Shown: positions 9,476-19,550 of the stretch, one piece after another | How the letters are laid out: each line of letters starts with the position of its first letter | Position numbering within the stretch: the stretch's first letter is position 1 | Origin: Candidatus Altimarinota bacterium | Lineage (GTDB): Bacteria > Patescibacteriota > Gracilibacteria > 1-14-2-50-48-13 | Assembly (NCBI GenBank): GCA_046314355.1 | Contig: JBKBWQ010000001.1 | Location: 352,001-416,000, forward strand | Reading direction: 5' to 3' | Length of the DNA stretch: 64,000 nt | The notes under the pieces: generated by a model | Told to the model about the DNA's origin: nothing | What the model saw: only the letters and a program-made list of their open reading frames with translations | The model's database searches: none | Position numbers and translations under genes: made by a program

Positions 9476-11494
9476 ATGAAAAATCTCCATTTGCAGTATC
9501 ATGCAATTAACATAAATCACCACAGTGCTGAGGAACTTCATGAAAGCTTCCATATTAATGTGGGCGAAGAAGGAGAACTATTTATTGCTGTTGGATTCAC
9601 AAATATTGTAAATGAAGTGGGATGTAAAAATACTCTCTACACCATAGTACAGACTATTCAGAATACACTTTTTTCTGATACATCTAAGGATCTCTATGAG
9701 AGATTTGAAGAGGGAATAAAGGAGCTGAACATCTATCTTCAAGATAAGGATTTCACTGAAATTGGAAGAACACATATTGCTATTGGTCTGTTGGAGAATG
9801 ACTCCATGTATATCACGAAGACTGGTGGGGCAGAGATCTATCTTCTCCGAAGTGGTATCTGTACTAATGTTACGGCAAACTTTGATAATGTTATGTATAG
9901 CGAAGATGAAGATAACCAGCTCTCTAGCATTGCCAGCGGAGAAGAAGGGTTACCTGAGTATTTCACAAATATTGCCACAGGAGCACTTGAAGAAAAGGAT
10001 ATCATACTTATTTCTTCCACAAGATTTACAAAATTCATAGGTGAGCAAGAGGTACTCGCCTTATTTGGAAAAAATAATATCGAGATCGGATTCATAAATA
10101 TGGAGCATAAGCTCAAGGAAAATCCTTCTGCTGACATTGCAGTACTCGGGTTTATATACACAGGCGGTGATGCAAAAACAATGCATGAGAGCTCTACATC
10201 TACGACATATGCAGAGGATGGAAGTATGTATGTACCGAGCAGGGAAGCTAATAAAATAGATATTAAGAAGATATTTACTTCCATAGCTCAGGGCAAAGTA
10301 AACTGGGATAGTATTAAAACTCGTGCGAAGGATTTCTACGAACAGCAGAAACTCTATGTCATGAATCCAAAGTACAGAGTGAAGCTCATTATATTAGGAA
10401 TAGTACTTCTGCTTATATTATTGGTAGTCAATATCAGTACTGCCATTGGAGGAAAGCAGAATGCAGAACAGACAGCAGCACTCCAGCAGAAATTTGCAGA
10501 AGCTCAGAAGGAGTATCAGCTCGGAGCAACAAGTAATATTAAAGGAGACAGAGAAGCTGCCCGTACTCATTTAGACACTGCAAAGAAGCTCACTCTTGAA
10601 CTCAAAGAAGGAAAAAAATCCACAGCAGATATGAATGCACTTCTTGATAAAATAGAAAAAGAAGAGGACGAAGCAAACAAGCTTACACGAATTGGTGAAG
10701 CAAACAGCTTTATAGATCTGAATGGAAAAGTAGAGAACGATGACCCTAAGGGGCTCGCATACTTTGACGAAAAGGTTTATGCATATTCTTCCACTAGTCT
10801 CTATGGTCCATTTGTAAATAATACTACAAACGCAAACAGCAAATATGCAGTAGAAGATAATAATCTTATCAAAGACGTAGCCTACTTCGGTGACATTCGA
10901 GGACTACTCATTAAGCTTACGCCAGATAAGGTAGCAGAATTTGTAAATAATGATTTCAAATATTCTGATACTACGTCTACAACATGGAAGTCTGGAGATA
11001 CGATAGCTACATTTGGAAATAATCTGTATCTGCTCTCTGAGAATCAAGTCTGGAGATATACAAGAAATAAGAATACTTATCGTGGTCCCTCTCCATGGCT
11101 TCAGAAAACAGACCCAATCTTAAAGGATGCAGTTTCTTTCTCTATTGATGGAAGCATCTACGTGCTACTCAAGACTGGGGAAATCAAAAAATATTTCCAG
11201 GGTAAGCCTGTAACTGATTTTGTTATCCAAGATATGCCAAAAGATCTACTGCAGGGTGTAGATGACAGATCTCAGATCCTCACTACAGCTGATGCAACAC
11301 ATGTGTATGTGCTCAATCATGGTACTGGAAAGATCATCGTACTGACAAAGGTAAAGGGTAATGTATCTCAAGTAGCGTTCGACAAACAATTTGGGTTTGA
11401 TCAAGTTGAAATCATCCACATAGTATTGTCTGCAGACGAAAAAACCCTACTTGCTCTTGGCAATAACAAAAAAATCTATAAGATAGATTTGTAG
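9476..11494 (+). CDS. Membrane protein: PP2C-like N-terminal domain, single TM, C-terminal beta-propeller
   Basis: YITKTGGAEIYLLRSG and GALEEKDIILISS resemble the PP2C fold; TM LIILGIVLLLILLVV; FGNNLYLL and SFSIDGSIYVL resemble propeller blades. Confidence 0.55.
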   Translation: MKNLHLQYHAININHHSAEELHESFHINVGEEGELFIAVGFTNIVNEVGCKNTLYTIVQTIQNTLFSDTSKDLYERFEEGIKELNIYLQDKDFTEIGRTHIAIGLLENDSMYITKTGGAEIYLLRSGICTNVTANFDNVMYSEDEDNQLSSIASGEEGLPEYFTNIATGALEEKDIILISSTRFTKFIGEQEVLALFGKNNIEIGFINMEHKLKENPSADIAVLGFIYTGGDAKTMHESSTSTTYAEDGSMYVPSREANKIDIKKIFTSIAQGKVNWDSIKTRAKDFYEQQKLYVMNPKYRVKLIILGIVLLLILLVVNISTAIGGKQNAEQTAALQQKFAEAQKEYQLGATSNIKGDREAARTHLDTAKKLTLELKEGKKSTADMNALLDKIEKEEDEANKLTRIGEANSFIDLNGKVENDDPKGLAYFDEKVYAYSSTSLYGPFVNNTTNANSKYAVEDNNLIKDVAYFGDIRGLLIKLTPDKVAEFVNNDFKYSDTTSTTWKSGDTIATFGNNLYLLSENQVWRYTRNKNTYRGPSPWLQKTDPILKDAVSFSIDGSIYVLLKTGEIKKYFQGKPVTDFVIQDMPKDLLQGVDDRSQILTTADATHVYVLNHGTGKIIVLTKVKGNVSQVAFDKQFGFDQVEIIHIVLSADEKTLLALGNNKKIYKIDL

Positions 11495-11629
11495 CTTGCA
11501 ACACCCTCAATCATACAGGATCTTCCTCTCACATTTGATCTTTTGTATGTTTACATAACCTCTTCTCTCTTACATCCTCTCTCGGTGCACTTACCGAGAT
11601 GCTGTATTTTATTTTAATGTATATTTGGT

Positions 11630-12700
11630 ATGACTTCACAAAATCAGTCAGACAAGAGAAAAGCGGTAGAAAACGCCCTTGCTCTTATCGACAAACAATT
11701 CGGAAAAGGTACTGTCATGCGCCTTGGAGATTCCCAAAGCATGAATATCGAAACGGTATCTACGTCATCTATTTCTCTCGACCTGGCACTTGGCGGAGGA
11801 GTACCTAGAGGAAGAATTATAGAGGTCTATGGTACCGAGTCTTCAGGTAAGACAACACTCTGTCAGCATATTATTGCAGAGGCTCAGAGAAATGGAGGAA
11901 TGGCAGCACTCATCGATGCGGAGCATGCATTTGATCCAATCTATGCAAAGAAAATAGGTATCAATACTACTGAGCTTCTTATCTCTCAGCCAGACTCAGG
12001 AGAGCAGGCACTTGAGATCGTAGAGACACTTGTACGAAGTGGAGCATTAGATGTGATCGTGATAGACAGTGTGGCTGCACTTACTCCTCGTGCAGAGATC
12101 GAAGGAGATATGGGAGATAGCCATATGGGTCTTCAAGCGAGACTTATGAGTCAGGCTCTTAGAAAACTTACAGGTATTGTAGGTAAGACTAAGACTGTAG
12201 TTATCTTCATCAATCAGCTTCGTATGAAGATCGGAGTGATGTTCGGTAATCCTGAGACTACGACTGGTGGTAATGCATTAAAATTCTACTCCAGTGTACG
12301 AATGGAGATGCGTAAGAAGGCTTCCATCGATCAGGGAGTAGGAGATGATAAGAAATCTCTTGGTATCCGTACTCGAGTGAAGATCGTAAAGAATAAGATT
12401 GCTCCTCCATTCCGTCAGGCTGAATTTGATATTATGTTTAGCGAGGGTATCTCTAAAGAAGGTGATATCCTAGATACAGCAGTTGCTATGGAAGTAATCA
12501 CAAAATCAGGTGCATTCTTCTCCTTCGGAGCTACTAAACTCGGACAGGGAAGAGAAAATGCAAAGAACTTCTTGAGAGAAAATACCAAGGTACGAGATGA
12601 AATCGAAGCGAAAGTTCGACAGCTTGGAAAAGATCCTGAAGCTGTCATGAAAGTAGAGGAGATAGTTGCAGAAAAGGAGACTGAAGCGAATGATGAATAA
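11630..12700 (+). CDS. recA: Recombinase A
   Basis: [47 protein letters not shown]. Confidence 0.99.
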   Translation: MTSQNQSDKRKAVENALALIDKQFGKGTVMRLGDSQSMNIETVSTSSISLDLALGGGVPRGRIIEVYGTESSGKTTLCQHIIAEAQRNGGMAALIDAEHAFDPIYAKKIGINTTELLISQPDSGEQALEIVETLVRSGALDVIVIDSVAALTPRAEIEGDMGDSHMGLQARLMSQALRKLTGIVGKTKTVVIFINQLRMKIGVMFGNPETTTGGNALKFYSSVRMEMRKKASIDQGVGDDKKSLGIRTRVKIVKNKIAPPFRQAEFDIMFSEGISKEGDILDTAVAMEVITKSGAFFSFGATKLGQGRENAKNFLRENTKVRDEIEAKVRQLGKDPEAVMKVEEIVAEKETEANDE

Positions 12701-13199
12701 AAGACCTTTTAGGAAAAGGCAGAAAGAAACCTCAGTTAGTGTTCCCACACTGACTGAGGTTTTTGAAAAATCTATGCAGATCATTACAGTACGTCAGCAT
12801 AGTAAAAAGGAGCTGATCGAAAAACTTAAAAAGAAATATCCAGAGAATCAAGAGCTCATTGCTCCCACAATAGAAAGACTTCTCGAACTCAAATACCTGG
12901 ATGATGATGTTTATGCTGATGCGCTCACTAGAAACCGTCTCAAAATAAAGAAGAAAGGACTATTCTGGATCAAGAGTGAATTAAAAATGAAGGGAATCAA
13001 AGAGCAAAAAATCCAGGATATTTTGGAAAACTATCAGGAGGAAGAAACTGAAAGCCTTGGCGAAGCCATAAGAAAAAAGCTCTCCACATTAAAAAATGAC
13101 CTTTCTATTCATGAAAAAAAACAAAAACTTGCTGCATATTTACAGCGGAGAGGGTATCCATTGGAAAAAATCCTTCACGCATTAAATAATTCTCTTTAA
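12690..13199 (+). CDS. recX: Regulatory protein RecX
   Basis: [40 protein letters not shown]; directly after recA. Confidence 0.88.
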   Translation: MMNKRPFRKRQKETSVSVPTLTEVFEKSMQIITVRQHSKKELIEKLKKKYPENQELIAPTIERLLELKYLDDDVYADALTRNRLKIKKKGLFWIKSELKMKGIKEQKIQDILENYQEEETESLGEAIRKKLSTLKNDLSIHEKKQKLAAYLQRRGYPLEKILHALNNSL

Positions 13200-13257
13200 A
13201 AAAAATTTGTTTTTGGCATACTGAGTATATAGTTTTCAGACTTTCTCCATAAATCCC

Positions 13258-13716
13258 GTGAGCACCCGCAACTATTCAAGAAATGTTTCATTCACCTACC
13301 AGATCATCATCATAATGGGGTTTTTTATACTCTTTCTGCAGCTCTACGCTCTTGCATCGAGTATGTACCGCGATAGCCAGCTCAATGAGCAGATAAAGGA
13401 ATTTAGAGCGGATAATGATAAAAAGAAAACAGAGATAAGCAACAAAAAGGTTGAATACATCAGTACACAGCTTGATTCTACACAGATACGCTACGCAAAA
13501 GAATCAGAGGATAAGCTCTATAAGGATGAACAGATGAAGATCATCAATAATAGCGCTGAACTAGCACACAATAATCTCCAGGATATAAGTGATTCACCGA
13601 CCTTTGCAAGTCCGAGCCTACTCACCCTAGAGGATGATCATGTAGAACAGATGAAGGCAATCAAAAAGCAGACAAAGATAGATCAGTGGAAGTATTACTT
13701 TTTTCATATAGAGTAA
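13258..13716 (+). CDS. Septum formation initiator (FtsB/DivIC-like)
   Basis: N-terminal TM then coiled coil, RYAKE...KDEQ motif, C-terminal QWKYYFF; GTG start. Confidence 0.55.
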   Translation: MSTRNYSRNVSFTYQIIIIMGFFILFLQLYALASSMYRDSQLNEQIKEFRADNDKKKTEISNKKVEYISTQLDSTQIRYAKESEDKLYKDEQMKIINNSAELAHNNLQDISDSPTFASPSLLTLEDDHVEQMKAIKKQTKIDQWKYYFFHIE

Positions 13717-13731
13717 CGTAGTACTGATAAT

Positions 13732-14255
13732 ATGTTGTCTGGACCAGAACAAGAACCCCTCTCTCCCTCCTCTCAAAACTCTCTCCAGGATACCTGCCCA
13801 AAGAGATCTTTTTTCAGATGTGCAGATTAAATGTACTTCCTGCCTTTGAGATTATCCCTCTTCGTAGAAAAGAGGGATAGATCGAAGTGTTGCTTATACA
13901 ACGTCCTGAGAACGATCCATTTTGGGCTGGGCAAAGGCCAAGCCTGCTGCCTACAAGTACCCCTAACTCATTTGATGATGTAAAGGAAAGAGTTTTCCAG
14001 GAATTAAATTACTCTGCAGATACAGGCAGTGATGCTATTTATGCAAGTACGGAACTAAAAAGATGGAAACGGGGAATGGTGATCAGTATCTATCATTATT
14101 TAGAATTAGAAGAAACCTCTGGAGTTGGAAAATTCTTCCCTGTGGATGAGCTGCCAGAAAATATAGTGGAGAATCAGGCGGAGATGATAGGGAAGATTGC
14201 GAAGATGTATAAAAGCTCGATGGCTCGGAGTGTGAGTGATAGTGGGAGTATTTAG
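13732..14255 (+). pseudogene. Degraded NUDIX-like gene
   Basis: LLSKLSPGYLPKEIFFQMCRLNVLPAFEIIPLRRKEG*IEVLLIQRPENDPFWAGQ: in-frame TAG at 13878-80 plus a frameshift relative to ATG 13732. Confidence 0.6.
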
Positions 14256-14495
14256 TAGTGAGGGTGATTTTTCTTATGTAGTATATTAAAAAATAGCCCT
14301 ACTAGACTCAAGAGCGTACCGACACACATCTTAACTTTAAGTTTGAGAGTCCCTCTTCGCCATTATAAACAAGGTAACTTACAGTTTAACGTAGGCTACG
14401 AGGGACATTCTTCGCTGTATATTAAAAAAATCTTCGCCTGCGAAGATTCATTCCTTTCTGGCTGTGCCATTCGTAGCTTCGTGAGAAGCGAAGAA
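14215..14495 (-). repeat. tRNA-3'-linked structured element, copy A
   Basis: Begins immediately after the CCA of tRNA-Met; first 105 nt differ at 2 positions from 51188-51292; distal ~50 nt also conserved. Confidence 0.9.
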
Positions 14496-14572
14496 TGGTG
14501 GCTGAATGGAGAGTTGAACTCCAGACCTCGGGGTTATGAATCCCGCGCTCTAACCAACTGAGCTACCCAGCC
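14496..14572 (-). tRNA. tRNA-Met (CAT), probable elongator
   Basis: GGCTGGGTAGCTCAGTTGGTTAGAGC...TTCATAA...TGGAGTTCAACTCTCCA TTCAGCCACCA cloverleaf with encoded CCA. Confidence 0.93.
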
Positions 14573-14591
14573 ACGATGTTAGACGAGTTTT

Positions 14592-14619
14592 ATTATATGT
14601 ATGAGAGGGGGAAAGGCAA
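14592..14619 (-). promoter_or_regulatory. Promoter of tRNA-Met
   Basis: TTGCCT-N16-TATAAT upstream of the tRNA. Confidence 0.6.
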
Positions 14620-14630
14620 GGTGTTTTAGG

Positions 14631-15173
14631 TTATTTATTCTCAACCGTATCTGAACCATCCTTTTGCTCAGTACTTTTTTTCAGAGATTTCGGTTTCACA
14701 AAGTACGGCACATACTGCTTATCAGTGAGGAGCAGATCCCTCACATGAAGAGTATAGTATTTCAGAAGCTCTTGAGTAAACATCTCATAGTTACTATTTC
14801 CATTATTTAGTAGATCGATAGTACCTGAAGGTGTCGTAATTTCTTTTATAGTTCCTCCATTTTCAAGAAGATCGGAGCAATGTGCGATAATCACATCTGA
14901 GTCTACTTTATGCGGTCCATAGCTTATTTCTTCCTTTGATTTTTTTAGATGAAGTTTATTCAGAATACTCTGAATATAGTTATGTGACTGCCAGAAACTA
15001 TCTGGACTCTTGGTACTGGATATGAGATTCACAATTTTTCTTATCTCTTCTTCTATTTCCTCCACTGTATACTGTTCTTCATTGGAAGACTCAACTACCT
15101 GTACATTTAATCTCTTTATATCTTCTTTTACAGCTGCTTCCCATCTTAAGTTCTCTGTGATTCTCGTTGGCAT
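14631..15173 (-). CDS. Hypothetical protein
   Basis: 180-aa ORF filling the gap; no motif recognised. Confidence 0.6.
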   Translation of the reverse strand: MPTRITENLRWEAAVKEDIKRLNVQVVESSNEEQYTVEEIEEEIRKIVNLISSTKSPDSFWQSHNYIQSILNKLHLKKSKEEISYGPHKVDSDVIIAHCSDLLENGGTIKEITTPSGTIDLLNNGNSNYEMFTQELLKYYTLHVRDLLLTDKQYVPYFVKPKSLKKSTEQKDGSDTVENK

Positions 15174-15260
15174 ATTATCGCTAAAGGAACTAAATTTTCA
15201 CGATAATACTCCTGCTTTTCAAAACTGAAAATAGTTTTTTAAATTTTCTCAACTATGCCG

Positions 15261-16457
15261 TTAAGATGCTATTTTCCTTATTATATAGCATTTTAAGTAG
15301 TTTCCTTCAGGGAAGTATGGGTTGAGAGAATGATCAAGGGGCTGAGATTTTTTCTCTAATACCTGTACAAGACATCCTGCTGCTTGAGCTGCCCAGGAAA
15401 GCATTCGGAAGAACTGTTCATCAGATACTACCCCAGAACATGAACACGTCATCAGGATTCCATGATTATCAAGGACCTCTAGAGCACGCTGGTTGAGAGA
15501 AATATATCCCTTCATTCCCCGGTCTATATCTTTTTTGCTTTTTACAAAGGCAGGCGGATCAAGAATAATAACATCATAAGATCCCTGCTTAGCATTCTTG
15601 AGAAACTCAAAGGCATCTTTCGCCTCAGTCCAGTGTTTATCCTTATCAAATCCATTGAGCTCTACATTGTTTATACCTTCTTCTACAGCATGATCAGAAA
15701 TATCGACAGAAGATACATGAGAGGCGCCTCCCTGAAGAGCTGAGACAGAAAATCCTCCTGTATAGCTGCAGATATTAAGTACTTTTCTATCCTTTACATA
15801 TTTCTGCAAAGCAAGACGGTTTTCTCTTTGATCTAGGAAAAATCCTGTTTTCTGTCCATGGAGGAAATCTACACGGAATTTGAGTCCATGTTCAAGAATT
15901 ATTTCCTCTTCCTTCAAAGTTCCATGAAGTACTCCCTCTTTCTTTTCTGGAAGGCCTTCTAATTTTCGTGCAGAAACATCGCTTTTTTCATAGATGCACT
16001 CAGGACTATATACTGCGATAAGGGCTTGGACAAATAGGTCCTTCAAATTCTCAGCTCCAAGTGTATGTATCTGGAGAATAAGCGTATTATTGTATTTATC
16101 CACAATAAATCCAGGAAGAAAATCAGATTCAGCAAAGACCATCCGGCATGCCGTAGTATTCTCATCTAAAACATATTCACGTCTTGTAGCAGCCGCTTGA
16201 GAGATTTTATTCTTAAAAAATTCCACATCAATGACATCAGCTTCATTCCAAGATAATATTCTGACAGCTATCTGAGACTGCTTATTGTAGTATCCGTGAG
16301 CTAGAAATATTCCGTCTAGAAAAATACTCACAAGTCTGCCGTGAAGAGCACTTTTCTCTCCTTCGATGCGTTCGATAGCTCCGCTAAAAATCCATGGATG
16401 CTTATGACCAAGGAAAGTTTTTTTCAATTTCGCTTTAAGATGAATCTTTGGATACAT
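15261..16457 (-). CDS. rlmI: 23S rRNA m5C methyltransferase, RlmI family
   Basis: HPWIFSGAI (PUA), GQKTGFFLDQRENR, YTGGFS, ILDPPAF, TCSCS. Confidence 0.88.
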   Translation of the reverse strand: MYPKIHLKAKLKKTFLGHKHPWIFSGAIERIEGEKSALHGRLVSIFLDGIFLAHGYYNKQSQIAVRILSWNEADVIDVEFFKNKISQAAATRREYVLDENTTACRMVFAESDFLPGFIVDKYNNTLILQIHTLGAENLKDLFVQALIAVYSPECIYEKSDVSARKLEGLPEKKEGVLHGTLKEEEIILEHGLKFRVDFLHGQKTGFFLDQRENRLALQKYVKDRKVLNICSYTGGFSVSALQGGASHVSSVDISDHAVEEGINNVELNGFDKDKHWTEAKDAFEFLKNAKQGSYDVIILDPPAFVKSKKDIDRGMKGYISLNQRALEVLDNHGILMTCSCSGVVSDEQFFRMLSWAAQAAGCLVQVLEKKSQPLDHSLNPYFPEGNYLKCYIIRKIAS

Positions 16458-16560
16458 GTGTGGTTGCTAGTAATATCGAAATATAGTGTAGCAGGTAGTT
16501 AATAAATAAAAAGACAAGATATGAAAATACGTAAAAACAATAATTAAGATTCTAGGATTG

Positions 16561-16588
16561 TTGACAGAAAAAACCGCAGGCCTATAGT
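16561..16588 (+). promoter_or_regulatory. sigma70-like promoter
   Basis: TTGACA-N16-TATAGT, 28 nt before ATG 16617. Confidence 0.65.
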
Positions 16589-16616
16589 GAATATAATTAT
16601 CCTTTACCTTCTGAAT

Positions 16617-16853
16617 ATGCCTCCAAAAGCAGCAGCAAAAGCACCTGTGGAAACTCCAGCTCCAGCACATAAAGATAACTCAATGAATGTGTACAAGCAT
16701 CATCTAGAAATGAAAGGAGAGTATATGAAGCATTCTAAATGGCATACCTGGGAATCTCCCATCGGACTAAGCATTTTTCTGCTTTCACTCTGTCTTTGTC
16801 TTGTAGTGCTCGCATATGCATTTGGACTTCTGCGGACAGTGGGATTATTCTAA
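16617..16853 (+). CDS. Small membrane protein
   Basis: MPPKAAAK... with C-terminal TM (WESPIGLSIFLLSL); has its own promoter and terminator. Confidence 0.65.
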   Translation: MPPKAAAKAPVETPAPAHKDNSMNVYKHHLEMKGEYMKHSKWHTWESPIGLSIFLLSLCLCLVVLAYAFGLLRTVGLF

Positions 16854-16863
16854 TTTGTACTCC

Positions 16864-16898
16864 AAATAAAAGAGCATGGCGTCCTATGCTCTTTTATT
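16864..16898. terminator. Intrinsic terminator
   Basis: AATAAAAGAGCAT...ATGCTCTTTTATT hairpin. Confidence 0.65.
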
Positions 16899-16955
16899 GT
16901 GTATTGACTTTCTAGGCTTCTAAAGACATAGTAGATTCACTTTTTAAAAAACATT

Positions 16956-18206
16956 ATGGGATCACAGCCGCCACTTAAAATCAGACATTTGAATCTTCAG
17001 ACCAATGGTGTCGCCCAAAACGGCGGTGACCATTTTGAAGTCCCATTTACTCTTCAAGGTGAGGTGTGTATCCCGAAGATTGTAGAGAAGAAAGGAAAAA
17101 CTATTTTTGCGCTTCCTGAGAGCATAACAAAGCGGTCTCTTCAGAGAATCCCGCCTGACTGTATGCACTTTACAAGATGTGGGGGATGTCATCTGAGACA
17201 TGTAGAATATGAAGACAGCGTACGAATCAAAGAATCTGTATTTAAGAAAGCCTTGGAAAAATATAATAGTGAGAAAAAGGTACAGGAAGCAATATTTAGT
17301 CTTAATATTGTTGCCGCCCTAAATCCTTTTCATTATAGAAATACTGCCCGCTTTTATATAGAAGACGGAGTACTCAAACAGCATGAGATGCTGACTCATG
17401 AGAACTTTCATATGAAGGAGTGCTATACAGTCTCCCAGAAGACATTTAGAAAAGCAAAAGAAATACTTTCATTGCTCCCAGAAACTATTGTAGAATTAGA
17501 GCTCAAAGAAAACTCCCGGGGAGAGCACATGTGTATAATAAGCGGCACACTTTTAAAGGAACTTCCGAAGATCCCTGCAGAAAGTGTGTATTTATATGAT
17601 AGAGAAAAGAAAGCTTTTGATCATCTTCAAGGTGTAAAAACCATTATGCATTCTCTGCATATAAAAGAGAATACGTTTCAATTTGAGATCGGACCAGATT
17701 CATTTTTTCAGGTAAACACAAAGATGGCAGAGGAGCTTTATACTCATATATCAAAATATGTGTACGGTAGGGGGGTGCTCTACGATCTTTTTGCAGGAAC
17801 AGGTACTATCGGAATAATTATGGCAAAGATCTTTCCTAAATTAGCAGTGAAAAGTGTAGAAAAAAATAGAGAGATGGTGGAAATATCACAAAGGAATGCT
17901 GTCCGAAATCAGGTAAAAAATATAGAGTTTCACCAGAATGATGTATTTAAGATGCAGATCAATGAAAAGTCTGACTCTATCATCATCGATCCGCCGAGAA
18001 AGGGGATGGATAAAAATGCCTTGGAGAATCTCATGTCTCTGCAGAGTTCGCAGATTATTTATGTATCATGCAGTCCTGCTACATTCCTGAGAGATATGGA
18101 GCAGATGCTTCCTCAGTATGAACTTAAAAATGTTACATTGTTTGATATGATCCCTTATACTTCGCATATCGAAGTGGTTGGAATATTTGAAAAACGGGCT
18201 CTATAA
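16956..18206 (+). CDS. rlmD: 23S rRNA m5U methyltransferase, RlmD/TrmA family
   Basis: CMHFTRCGGC Fe-S motif, SFFQVN, DLFAGTGTIG, IDPPRKG, YVSCSPAT, HIE. Confidence 0.9.
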   Translation: MGSQPPLKIRHLNLQTNGVAQNGGDHFEVPFTLQGEVCIPKIVEKKGKTIFALPESITKRSLQRIPPDCMHFTRCGGCHLRHVEYEDSVRIKESVFKKALEKYNSEKKVQEAIFSLNIVAALNPFHYRNTARFYIEDGVLKQHEMLTHENFHMKECYTVSQKTFRKAKEILSLLPETIVELELKENSRGEHMCIISGTLLKELPKIPAESVYLYDREKKAFDHLQGVKTIMHSLHIKENTFQFEIGPDSFFQVNTKMAEELYTHISKYVYGRGVLYDLFAGTGTIGIIMAKIFPKLAVKSVEKNREMVEISQRNAVRNQVKNIEFHQNDVFKMQINEKSDSIIIDPPRKGMDKNALENLMSLQSSQIIYVSCSPATFLRDMEQMLPQYELKNVTLFDMIPYTSHIEVVGIFEKRAL

Positions 18207-18605
18207 CTCGACGATTTCCTTAATAGCTCCAAAGATGTCTTTCCATCCCGCAACTGCATCTTCATATTCTTTGTCTTCGATTGGTTTTTTAAATTCCGCT
18301 TTCCCTGTGAGCAGTGTTATTTCGTCGAATTCTTCGAAAGTATAGGTATTTATAAGCAGCACCTGGTCAGGAGATTCCATATCTACGAGAGTATGTTTGA
18401 GAAAGCAGCTTGGCTCTATCTCAAGAATCTTGCCTTTGGTGTATATTTCTCCTTCTACACTCATCCAGCTGATCTCAGATCCCACTTTCCACTCTGAAAT
18501 ATATTCACCTCCTAACGCCCGGCTAAGTTTTGGATTGGTAAAATACTCCCAGACCTTTGATGCAGGAGCCATGATCTCTATAGATTCTTTAAGATATTTA
18601 TGCAT
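18201..18605 (-). CDS. SRPBCC/AHSA1 domain protein
   Basis: IEIMAPASKVWEYFT...WKVGS...GW C-terminal helix. Confidence 0.8.
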   Translation of the reverse strand: MHKYLKESIEIMAPASKVWEYFTNPKLSRALGGEYISEWKVGSEISWMSVEGEIYTKGKILEIEPSCFLKHTLVDMESPDQVLLINTYTFEEFDEITLLTGKAEFKKPIEDKEYEDAVAGWKDIFGAIKEIVEL

Positions 18606-18609
18606 AAAT

Positions 18610-19434
18610 TTATGTAATGGATTTGGTACGTGAGATTTCCCATGCGATCATAGCAGTTTTTCTTTTCGGATCCCAATGATAATTGCCGAGAATCCCGCTC
18701 GCCTGTATGACTCGGTGACAAGGTATAAGATAAGCCACAGGATTCTGTCCTACAGCTGTACCTACAGCTCTATGTGCCTTTTGATGCCCTATAGCTGACG
18801 CAATATGTCCGTATGTAGTAAGTCTTCCTTCAGGGATGTGAAGTAGTGCTTCCCAAACCTTTAATTGAAAAGGTGTTCCTCTCAAATGCAGTTTAATTTT
18901 TTCTACACTCTCGTGTCTCAACATGCGTAGTACTTGTTCATGCAGTTCATCTTTTCCATGAGTATATACTGCATTCTCAAATCTCTGTTTTATTTGTTCT
19001 AGACCTTCTGGAAGGGAATCTGCATAGGAAATATGACAGATACCTTTTGAAGTACTGCCTATAATTACAAATCCAAAAGGCGTTTCTTCAAAACAATAGG
19101 AGATCTCAAGCCCAGCTCCTCCATTTTTATATTCACCTGGAGTCATGCCTTCAATAGTGACAAAAAGATCATACAGCCTTCCAGTACTGGATAGACCTGT
19201 CTTATGTGCAATGCTTAGAAAGTTATCTTCCAGCAGCATTTTCTTTGCGTAGGAAATATTTAAGAATTTAAGAAATTTCTTGGGACTTACGCCTGCCCAC
19301 TGAGTAAATATTTTTTGAAAATGAAAAGGACTCATGTGTACAGATTCAGCAATACTTTCGAGAGAAGGCTGTTCATGGGCATGATCTTTTATATATTCGA
19401 TGGCCTTTGCTATTTGCTGAAAATAAAGAGACAT
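18610..19434 (-). CDS. AraC-HTH + methylated-DNA-protein-cysteine methyltransferase (Ada/Ogt-like)
   Basis: SPFHFQKIF..WAGVSPKKF HTH; GTPFQLKVW, IPCHRVI active site. Confidence 0.92.
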   Translation of the reverse strand: MSLYFQQIAKAIEYIKDHAHEQPSLESIAESVHMSPFHFQKIFTQWAGVSPKKFLKFLNISYAKKMLLEDNFLSIAHKTGLSSTGRLYDLFVTIEGMTPGEYKNGGAGLEISYCFEETPFGFVIIGSTSKGICHISYADSLPEGLEQIKQRFENAVYTHGKDELHEQVLRMLRHESVEKIKLHLRGTPFQLKVWEALLHIPEGRLTTYGHIASAIGHQKAHRAVGTAVGQNPVAYLIPCHRVIQASGILGNYHWDPKRKTAMIAWEISRTKSIT

Positions 19435-19504
19435 AGAAAGATGAAAATATTCTTACACACAGCCTATCAAGAATACAGATGAAAACAAACCGAATCTTGC
19501 GAAT

Positions 19505-19543
19505 AAAAAAATCCCTTCTCTTTCATGGAAGAGAAGGGATTTC
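19505..19543 (-). terminator. Intrinsic terminator of lipoprotein gene
   Basis: AAATCCCTTCTCTT...AAGAGAAGGGATTT with A-tract. Confidence 0.65.
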
Positions 19544-19550
19544 TTGATAA

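Noticed and set aside
13878-13880. Programmed TAG readthrough or recoding
   Set aside because: The same gene also has a frameshift, and TAG is a normal stop elsewhere (e.g. mutS), so decay is the simpler explanation.
14343-14561. 72-aa ORF on the plus strand
   Set aside because: It is the antisense of tRNA-Met and the repeated element.
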